Virus record (IMG/VR): IMGVR_UViG_3300007171_000012
Strand: one strand, 5' to 3'
Source: an uncultured virus (IMG/VR IMGVR_UViG_3300007171_000012)
Lineage: Duplodnaviria > Heunggongvirae > Uroviricota > Caudoviricetes
DNA length: 64,000 bases
Below, one piece after another: positions 57,041-64,000 of this stretch. The notes beneath the pieces were generated by a model that worked only from the letters and a program-made list of their open reading frames with translations, was not told the DNA's origin and searched no databases. Both the position numbers and the translations under genes were made by a program. Numbering within the stretch: the first letter of the stretch is position 1; every line of letters begins with the position of its first letter.

Positions 57041-58009
57041 ATGGAATTGGATTTTTCTGATAAAATTAAAAATTTATTTGAGTCTTCTGCTAATAGACCT
57101 GGACCTAAGAGTGGAGCGCAGACTCCTGCTCCTAAATCTGATCAAAAAACAGGTTCAGATAAAAACCGAAAAGGATCTGCTGGAGAAGACGGCGGAAAAA
57201 TTGAGTTTAATGAAAAAATCGTAAGCTCTCTTCAAGAAAAAGTAAAATCCCATAATGAAAAATACGATAAAAAAGTCTCCTTGTCTCAATTGAAAAAAGT
57301 TTATCGTAGAGGCTTGGGGGCTTTTTCTTCTTCTCATAGACCAGGTCAAAGCAGAAATAGTTGGGCGATGGCTCGCGTAAATATGTTTTTGAAGATGATG
57401 CGCGGCGATAAAGTAAAAGATTCTTATAGAGCGGCAGATCAAGATGTCGCTTCTGGATCAGAACTTTATTACGAGCAAAAAGCGGAAGATGTATTTTGGC
57501 AATTCGACTCGATTGATTTTGATATTGCAAGGATTGATCTTATCAAAGCAAATGTCAATTTAGAAGAAGAAGGCGATATTGACTTGTTTGATATTGATTA
57601 TTCTGAAGCTGAAAAAAAGACGCTCAATAAACCTTTTAGATTGCCTAGTGGATCAAATAAAAAATTTGGAGTCTATGTCAAAAACGATAAAGGCAATATT
57701 GTAATGGTTAAATTTGGTGATCCAAATATGGAGATTCGCCGCGACGATCCAGAAAGAAGAAAAAGCTTTAGAGCAAGACATCAATGCGATACAAATGTTG
57801 GGCCTAAGTGGAAAGCTCGCTACTGGAGTTGCAAATTCTGGAGTAAAAAACCAGTTTCTTCCATGGCTTCAGAAGACTTTCTTTTAAGCGATGATGACGG
57901 AATGGATTGGGATTGGGACGATTCTTCATTTATTGATCAATCCGAAATCTTCGCAAGATGGCAAGATTTGGAAAAAGTTGAAGATTTTGTTGAAGAAATA
58001 GATCTTTAA
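57041..58009 (+). CDS. basic two-domain phage protein (late, possibly virion-internal)
   Basis: VYRRGLGAF...WAMARVN and VKFGDPN...RRKSFRARH...YWSC domains; GTGTAATAA upstream. Confidence 0.6.
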   Translation: MELDFSDKIKNLFESSANRPGPKSGAQTPAPKSDQKTGSDKNRKGSAGEDGGKIEFNEKIVSSLQEKVKSHNEKYDKKVSLSQLKKVYRRGLGAFSSSHRPGQSRNSWAMARVNMFLKMMRGDKVKDSYRAADQDVASGSELYYEQKAEDVFWQFDSIDFDIARIDLIKANVNLEEEGDIDLFDIDYSEAEKKTLNKPFRLPSGSNKKFGVYVKNDKGNIVMVKFGDPNMEIRRDDPERRKSFRARHQCDTNVGPKWKARYWSCKFWSKKPVSSMASEDFLLSDDDGMDWDWDDSSFIDQSEIFARWQDLEKVEDFVEEIDL

Positions 58010-58028
58010 TGTATGATCATACGAAAGT

Positions 58029-58760
58029 ATGAGTCATCGAGTTTCTGTCATAACTTCTATTTATAATTCTTCTGAATTTTTGTATCATTTTTTAGTTGAT
58101 GCCAAAAGGCAAACCATATTTAACGAATCAGAGTTTTTATTATTAGATTGTAATGATAATGTTAATAATTCTGATTATGAAATAATTAAGCCTTTTTTGA
58201 GTCTTAAAAATTTTAAATATTACAAACTCAATAAATGTAGCGTCTATGAGGCTTGGAATAAAGGTATTGAACTATCTTCTTCTGATATATTAACCAATTG
58301 GAATACTGATGACCGAAGATCTTTCAATTCTTTAGAAAAGCAAGTTTCATTTTTAGAAGAGAATCCAGATTATGATATATGCTATGGACCTACTTTAATT
58401 AGCGAAATTCCTAATGAAATTTTTGAGTTTTGCGCATCTAAAACATATTACCCCGCTTTAGAAGGCACATTACAAAATCAACTTGTCCATAATTCTCCTC
58501 ATTGCCTTCCAGTTTGGAAAAAATCTATTCACGATAGATTTGGAGTATTTGATACCAAATATTTTTCCGCCGCAGACTATGATATGTGGTTTAGAGTGCT
58601 AGTAAATGGCGGGAAAATGAAAAATCTTAAAGAAATTGTTGGACTTTATTATAGAAATCCAGTTGGTGTTTCTAGCGATCAAAAAAATATCGATAAAGCA
58701 ATAAAAGAAGTATTAGAAATTAGATCTAAATATAATGACCAGCTTAATCACATGTTGTAA
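58029..58760 (+). CDS. family 2 glycosyltransferase
   Basis: VSVITSIYN, AWNKG, NTDD, ADYDMWFR. Confidence 0.88.
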   Translation: MSHRVSVITSIYNSSEFLYHFLVDAKRQTIFNESEFLLLDCNDNVNNSDYEIIKPFLSLKNFKYYKLNKCSVYEAWNKGIELSSSDILTNWNTDDRRSFNSLEKQVSFLEENPDYDICYGPTLISEIPNEIFEFCASKTYYPALEGTLQNQLVHNSPHCLPVWKKSIHDRFGVFDTKYFSAADYDMWFRVLVNGGKMKNLKEIVGLYYRNPVGVSSDQKNIDKAIKEVLEIRSKYNDQLNHML

Positions 58761-59493
58761 TTTAAAATTTCTAAATAAAGCTGTTTTATGTTTAGAAAGT
58801 TCATATCTGGTCAATCCAGACATTAATCATTGTCTATATTTTATAGGTAAAGAAATTAATATAAAAATTCCCGAATTTATCAATGTAAAATATATACCAG
58901 ATCATCCAAAAAATTTGAATGATATTTTTTTATTTGCTTATAAATATTGGGCAATTTTAAAAGAATTGGAAACTTCTGATGTTGTTTTATATACAGATTC
59001 GACTCATTTAATAAAGAAAAGCTTTTGCGCTATTGATAAATATTTTCATAACGATTGTTTTATTTTGCCTTATAAATCTGGACAATTTTTGATTAAAAAT
59101 TGGACAACTGTTAAATGCATAAAAGAACTCAATGGATTCAAATATTTAAACTGTTCCCAAATTTGGGCTGGATTTCAAGGTTACAAATCCACATCCAAAA
59201 ACATTGAATTTTTAAAAACAATTCTATCGCTTTGTTTGGATGAAAAATTGAGCGGTCCTTATCCACATATTCAAAATCCAGATGGAAAAAATACTGAATG
59301 TTTGTATCATAGAAATGATCAATCAATATTATCTATTGAATTATTGAAAAATGATTTATATCCAGAATTTTGTGCTCAAAAAGATTACGAATTTGGAGAT
59401 TTCATTTCAGTAAAACATTTTTATCCAGAACAGTATGATGGAGATGTTTTAAATTCAATCTATAGATTTTTATATCCAAGATATTTTAAATAA
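58735..59493 (+). CDS. putative GT-A glycosyltransferase-like protein
   Basis: FAYK...VLYTDS...HRNDQSILS. Confidence 0.6.
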   Translation: MTSLITCCNLKFLNKAVLCLESSYLVNPDINHCLYFIGKEINIKIPEFINVKYIPDHPKNLNDIFLFAYKYWAILKELETSDVVLYTDSTHLIKKSFCAIDKYFHNDCFILPYKSGQFLIKNWTTVKCIKELNGFKYLNCSQIWAGFQGYKSTSKNIEFLKTILSLCLDEKLSGPYPHIQNPDGKNTECLYHRNDQSILSIELLKNDLYPEFCAQKDYEFGDFISVKHFYPEQYDGDVLNSIYRFLYPRYFK

Positions 59494-59495
59494 AT

Positions 59496-60038
59496 ATGAG
59501 CGAAATTGTTTATTACGATACAAGAACAGATCTTTTAGATCTGGTGCCAAAAAATTCTAATATATTAGAAATTGGAGTGTTTGTTGGAGATTTCTCAAGA
59601 GAAATTATTTCTAGATGCAATCCAAAAAATTTATACTTAGTTGATATTTGGACTGGAAAGTATGGATCGGGAGATAAAGATGGCAATAATCATTATGAGA
59701 TTGATGATATGGAAGCTATTTATTTAAATTTATACCAACAATATAAAGATGATCCATCAATTCATATTGTCAGATCTAAATCTGTGTCTTTTTTATTAAG
59801 TTGTGAGAATAATTTTTTTGATGCTATTTATATCGATGGCGATCATACCGCTCAAGCTGTATATGATGACCTATGCTTATCTTACGAAAAAATAAAAAAT
59901 GGTGGCATTATTATGGGTCATGATTACCATTACCAAGTAGAATATGCTGTTAAAATATTTTGCGAAAAGTTTAATCAAAAAATTAAATATATTGCAAAAG
60001 ATGGTTGCCCATCGTTTTATATACAAATCTCAAAATGA
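59496..60038 (+). CDS. class I SAM-dependent methyltransferase
   Basis: LEIGVFVG, VDIW, IYIDGDH, GGIIMGHDY. Confidence 0.88.
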   Translation: MSEIVYYDTRTDLLDLVPKNSNILEIGVFVGDFSREIISRCNPKNLYLVDIWTGKYGSGDKDGNNHYEIDDMEAIYLNLYQQYKDDPSIHIVRSKSVSFLLSCENNFFDAIYIDGDHTAQAVYDDLCLSYEKIKNGGIIMGHDYHYQVEYAVKIFCEKFNQKIKYIAKDGCPSFYIQISK

Positions 60039-60847
60039 AAATACAAAAAGCAATATTTTCTACTTCGGAAGAATACAGCGATTTTTGGAATTTGCAATCA
60101 CAAATTCTTAAGGAAAAATTTAATATTGATCCTATATGTATTTTATATGGAGATGTTAAAAAAACAAACATGTCCGATAAATATGGAGATATTATAGAAA
60201 AAAAATTCGATCAATCTTTGCCAAAGGTATTGCAAATTACTTGGTCTAAATTTTTCTACCCATCTCTTGAAGAGGATACTACTTGGTTTCTTGGAGATAT
60301 AGACATGTTTTTTTTGCAAAAGGCATGGATAACCGATTCCATTTCTAATGTCAGCGACGATTATTATTTACATATGAACTGCGAAGGATGCGGGGCAAAA
60401 AGATGGAGCGATGGAGGTGATTTGCCAGCGCACTATCACATTGCAAAAGGCAGTCTTTTCACTCAAGTATATAATAGAATGTCTTCTATTGAAGAAGAAG
60501 TTAAATTTATTGTAGATCAGCAAAAATATGGTTTAGGATTTAATCTGTGGAAGGGTAATAGTTTTTTAAATCAAGATCAATATTATTGGTGTGCTGAAGA
60601 AAATTATTCATCAGAATTAATTAGGAATAAAATATTAAACCATAATTTAAAGTTCAAGGGTTTCTCTTATATGGATTCTCCATGTGGAAATGGTCATAGG
60701 ATTGATCGAGCATCCTTCAATGGAGATTACCAATATGATTTAAATAGACTCAAAAATAATGAATATATCGATATACATTGCATGCGTCCATTTGAGCCTT
60801 ATAAAAATCAATTAATTAAAATCCTAAAACATTCTAATATGATATGA
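60035..60847 (+). CDS. putative glycosyltransferase-like protein
   Basis: DxD motif GDIDM; cluster context. Confidence 0.5.
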   Translation: MKIQKAIFSTSEEYSDFWNLQSQILKEKFNIDPICILYGDVKKTNMSDKYGDIIEKKFDQSLPKVLQITWSKFFYPSLEEDTTWFLGDIDMFFLQKAWITDSISNVSDDYYLHMNCEGCGAKRWSDGGDLPAHYHIAKGSLFTQVYNRMSSIEEEVKFIVDQQKYGLGFNLWKGNSFLNQDQYYWCAEENYSSELIRNKILNHNLKFKGFSYMDSPCGNGHRIDRASFNGDYQYDLNRLKNNEYIDIHCMRPFEPYKNQLIKILKHSNMI

Positions 60848-61671
60848 AGAAAATTATTATTTTATCTGGGCATAGCAATAGATTTACGGAAAAAGGATTT
60901 CCAATTAAACCTTTAATTAAAATTTCTGATTCCTTGGTTATTGAAAAAGCTGTTAAGTCTGTGTATGAAAATGAGGAAGATTACTCTGATTATATTTTCA
61001 TCACAAAAAAAAGTGACATAAAAAATTTTAATATTGACAATGTTTTAGTTAATAAATTTCCAAATTCGTCAATTATTATTATCGATGATCACTTTTTAGG
61101 GCCAGTTTTCTCTGTCCAGCAGGCGTATGATCTTATTCCTCAAGACGAAGAAATAGTTATTTGTTATTGTGATTTATTTATTAATTGGGATTTTTCAAAA
61201 TTTATAGAATTTGCAAGATCTGAGAATTGTCATGGATTAATAGCTTCTCATAAAGATTGGCATCCTCATAGAATTCATAATAATTATTTTGCTTATATGA
61301 AGGTTTCAGATAATAATGATGTCCTCGAAATTAAAGAAAAAGAGTTTTATACGGACAACCCAATGAATGAATATGCTTCTAGTGGAATTTATTTTTTTAA
61401 AACTGGGGGCATAATGAAAAAATATTTTAATGCATTGGTAGAGAAAAATATTCGGGTAAACAATGAATTTTATGTAACCATGCCTTTTAATTTAATGATT
61501 CAAAATGGATTAAAAGTTAAACATTTCCCATCTGAAAATTATTTCTGTTTAGGAACCCCAAAAGATGTTGAAATTATTCAATCTTGCGATAGTATCATCC
61601 AGAATTTAAAAGGATTCGAATTTAGCCCAAATCAACTAATTGAATATTTTTTGAAACATTTTTATCAATGA
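60844..61671 (+). CDS. sugar-phosphate nucleotidyltransferase
   Basis: IILSGHSNRF...KPLI, YCD, IKEK, SSGIYFF, NEFYV, LGTP. Confidence 0.85.
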   Translation: MKKIIILSGHSNRFTEKGFPIKPLIKISDSLVIEKAVKSVYENEEDYSDYIFITKKSDIKNFNIDNVLVNKFPNSSIIIIDDHFLGPVFSVQQAYDLIPQDEEIVICYCDLFINWDFSKFIEFARSENCHGLIASHKDWHPHRIHNNYFAYMKVSDNNDVLEIKEKEFYTDNPMNEYASSGIYFFKTGGIMKKYFNALVEKNIRVNNEFYVTMPFNLMIQNGLKVKHFPSENYFCLGTPKDVEIIQSCDSIIQNLKGFEFSPNQLIEYFLKHFYQ

Positions 61672-62756
61672 AAAAAGTAATTATTACAGGAGTTACAGGT
61701 CAAGATGGCAGCTTTATGGCAGACTATCTTTTAGAGAATACTAATCATATTGTTGTTGCGGCTGTAAGACGTTTGAGTGTTCCTAATCATAAAAACATTA
61801 AGCATCTTATTGGTAATCCAAGATTTAGATTAATTGATCTAGACATCACAGATCCACAAAATGTTGAAGAGGTTATTAGAACAGAGCAGCCGCATTATTT
61901 TATTAATTTTGCTGCGAATTCTTTCGTCGGCAATAGTTGGACAATGCCAGTGAATCATATGGTAACAAATTGTATGGCTGTTCTTTATCAGCTTGAAGCT
62001 ATTCGTAAGTTTGCTCCGCAATGCCGTTATTACAATGCTGGCTCTTCTGAGGAGTTTGGAGATGTTGTGACTATGCCTCAATCAGAATCTCATCCTCTTC
62101 GTCCGCGTAGCCCTTATGGAGCAGCTAAAGCTTCAGCAAGACATCTTGTAAAAGTTTATAGAGAGTCTTATGGCATATATGCAGTTCAAGGATGGCTCTT
62201 TAACCACGAAGGAACTCGCAGAGGAGAAGAATTTGTTACTCGAAAAATCACTAAAGCTGTCGCTCGTATTAAAAAAGCAATAGACGCATCAGAAGCTTAT
62301 GATCTCTTAGAACTTGGTAATATTGATTCTACAAGAGATTGGAGTGATGCAGAAGATTTTGTTGATGGTGTTTGGAGAATGTTGAATCAAGATTACTATA
62401 GAGAATTTTCTAGATCTTGGAGTCTTGATCCTGATTACAGCAAACAATTGCGTGAATATGTTCTTTCGTCTAATGAAACCCACAGCGTTCGCGAATTTGT
62501 TGAATTGGCATTCGCCGCAGCAGGTATCGAAGGCTACTGGCAAGGCACAGGACTAAATGAAATGTTCTTGCATAAAGAAACTGGTAGGTTGTTGATGGCA
62601 ATCAATCAAAATTTTTATCGCCCAGCCGAAGTTGACATCCTTTATGGAGATTCTGAAAAAGCTCGCGAAGAACTTGGTTGGTCGCCAAAAACTTCTTTCA
62701 AACAATTAGTTGACAAAATGGTAAGGCATGATATGCTAGAGCATGGCCAAGTCTAA
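61668..62756 (+). CDS. gmd: GDP-mannose 4,6-dehydratase
   Basis: ITGVTGQDGS, SSEEFG, PRSPYGAAK, LFNHE..RRGEEFVTRKIT, RPAEVDIL. Confidence 0.95.
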   Translation: MKKVIITGVTGQDGSFMADYLLENTNHIVVAAVRRLSVPNHKNIKHLIGNPRFRLIDLDITDPQNVEEVIRTEQPHYFINFAANSFVGNSWTMPVNHMVTNCMAVLYQLEAIRKFAPQCRYYNAGSSEEFGDVVTMPQSESHPLRPRSPYGAAKASARHLVKVYRESYGIYAVQGWLFNHEGTRRGEEFVTRKITKAVARIKKAIDASEAYDLLELGNIDSTRDWSDAEDFVDGVWRMLNQDYYREFSRSWSLDPDYSKQLREYVLSSNETHSVREFVELAFAAAGIEGYWQGTGLNEMFLHKETGRLLMAINQNFYRPAEVDILYGDSEKAREELGWSPKTSFKQLVDKMVRHDMLEHGQV

Positions 62757-63093
62757 GATTAATAAAAAACATATTCTTGCTCGACTCACGCTTGTTCCTC
62801 TTAGGGACAAGCGTATGTTTTATATGCGAGAGATGAAATTTTTGAATGATCTTTGTGAGCGGTATTCTTTAGAGTTCATGAATATCGTTTCTTTTGATAG
62901 AAAATTTGACTCTTTAGCCTATATAGTTTCTGATAAATTGAAAGAAACAATGGATCAAAAGTTTCGAGCTTTCAATTATTGTATTGATCTTTCTCGTTAT
63001 GAGAGTTATAATCTTGGAGATAAAACTGGCGAAGATATTGAAGTCAAGATGCCAGTGAAAACAATTAAACAATTTTTAAATGAGCAAGACTAA
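62743..63093 (+). CDS. hypothetical protein
   Basis: 116 aa, overlapping both neighbours. Confidence 0.65.
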   Translation: MAKSKINKKHILARLTLVPLRDKRMFYMREMKFLNDLCERYSLEFMNIVSFDRKFDSLAYIVSDKLKETMDQKFRAFNYCIDLSRYESYNLGDKTGEDIEVKMPVKTIKQFLNEQD

Positions 63094-64000
63094 AGAAAAA
63101 GAAATTCAAAAATCAAGCGATATTCTTAGTTCGTTCTTGAAGCAAAATTCTCAAGATCATTATAATTTCGAACAAGAAATCGACTACAAAGTATCTAGTG
63201 GATCTTTGCAGCTAGATCTTCATTTAGGCGGCGGATTAGGTCCAGGTCTTCACCGATTTTGCGGTATGAATGAGGGAGGCAAAACTAGTTCTGCGCTATC
63301 CTTTATGAAAAACTTTTTGGCAAATATTCCCAAATCAAAAGGTTTTTATATCAAGGCTGAAGGGCGACTTTCTAAAGAAATGCGTGAAAGATCGGGCGTG
63401 AATTTTGTCTTTAATGCCGATGAATGGGTTGAAGGAACTTGCTTTGTATTTGAAAGTAATATTTATGAAACAGTTGTCGATGCTATGCGCCAATTGGTTG
63501 CTAAAAATGATGAAGGCAATGTGTATTTCTTTTTGCTTGATTCTGTGGATGGATTGATTTCTAAGGGAGATCTTGATAAGGGATTTGAGGACTCAAATAA
63601 AGTTGCTGGTGGCGCAGTCATCGCTGCAAATTTTATGAAGAGATTGTCGATTGCTTTAGCAAAGCGCGGGCATTTGGCTATTTTTATTAGTCAAGTTCGC
63701 GCTGATATTAAATTAGATCCATATTCTAAAGCTCCTGTTCGACAAACTTCTGCTACTGGAGGTAATGCTCTTCTTCACTTTGCGAACTTTATTTTAGAAT
63801 TTGAGCCTAGATTCAAGGGCGATCTTATTCTCAAAAATCCTGCTGATAAAGTTATTGATGCTACAAATAACCCTCCAATTGGTCATTACGCGAAAGTTAC
63901 TGTCAAAAAATCTCCTAATGAAAAAACTAATTTGACAATTCCATATCCAATCAAGTATGGTCGAACAAATGGCAATTCTGTTTGGATTGAAAAGGAAGTC
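63080..64000 (+). CDS. RecA/UvsX-like recombinase (runs off the window end; not in ORF track)
   Basis: SSGSLQLDLHLGGG, Walker A GMNEGGKT, IKAEGRL, LLDSV, FISQVR, GGNALLHFA. Confidence 0.88.
   Translation, partial: MSKTKEKEIQKSSDILSSFLKQNSQDHYNFEQEIDYKVSSGSLQLDLHLGGGLGPGLHRFCGMNEGGKTSSALSFMKNFLANIPKSKGFYIKAEGRLSKEMRERSGVNFVFNADEWVEGTCFVFESNIYETVVDAMRQLVAKNDEGNVYFFLLDSVDGLISKGDLDKGFEDSNKVAGGAVIAANFMKRLSIALAKRGHLAIFISQVRADIKLDPYSKAPVRQTSATGGNALLHFANFILEFEPRFKGDLILKNPADKVIDATNNPPIGHYAKVTVKKSPNEKTNLTIPYPIKYGRTNGNSVWIEKEV

Overview
The whole window is part of a large tailed dsDNA phage genome (standard code, no tRNA, CRISPR array or integrase seen). Layout: (1) 1-7.3 kb, small + strand early genes, a stand-alone RuvB-like ATPase, and two antisense AT-rich endonuclease genes (GIY-YIG, HNH). 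(2) 7.3-17.7 kb, a GC-richer leftward array of about 22 small genes, nearly each with its own sigma70-type promoter. It is punctuated by ten copies of a fixed-geometry 77-bp element: two 27-bp palindromes matching the IHF consensus, separated by a 23-bp GC-rich spacer. (3) about 17.75-17.97 kb, a G/C-run-rich divergence point, possibly the genome end. (4) 18-50 kb, PhoH, sigma-like factor, ERCC4 nuclease, terminase, portal, protease/scaffold, capsid, neck/tail genes and a 3132-aa tape measure protein (TMP). The TMP carries repeat-delimited cargo modules (PD-(D/E)xK-like, protein-kinase-like, possibly GNAT-like) plus a SleB-type hydrolase. Many late genes are preceded by a GTGTAAWW motif. (5) 50-64 kb, SSB, second sigma-like factor, dNMP kinase, dUTPase, class Id-like RNR, a glycosylation cluster with gmd, and a RecA/UvsX-like gene running off the end. 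The best candidates for an undescribed system are the 77-bp-element cassette array and the cargo-carrying TMP. All family calls come from motifs read by eye; no searches were run.
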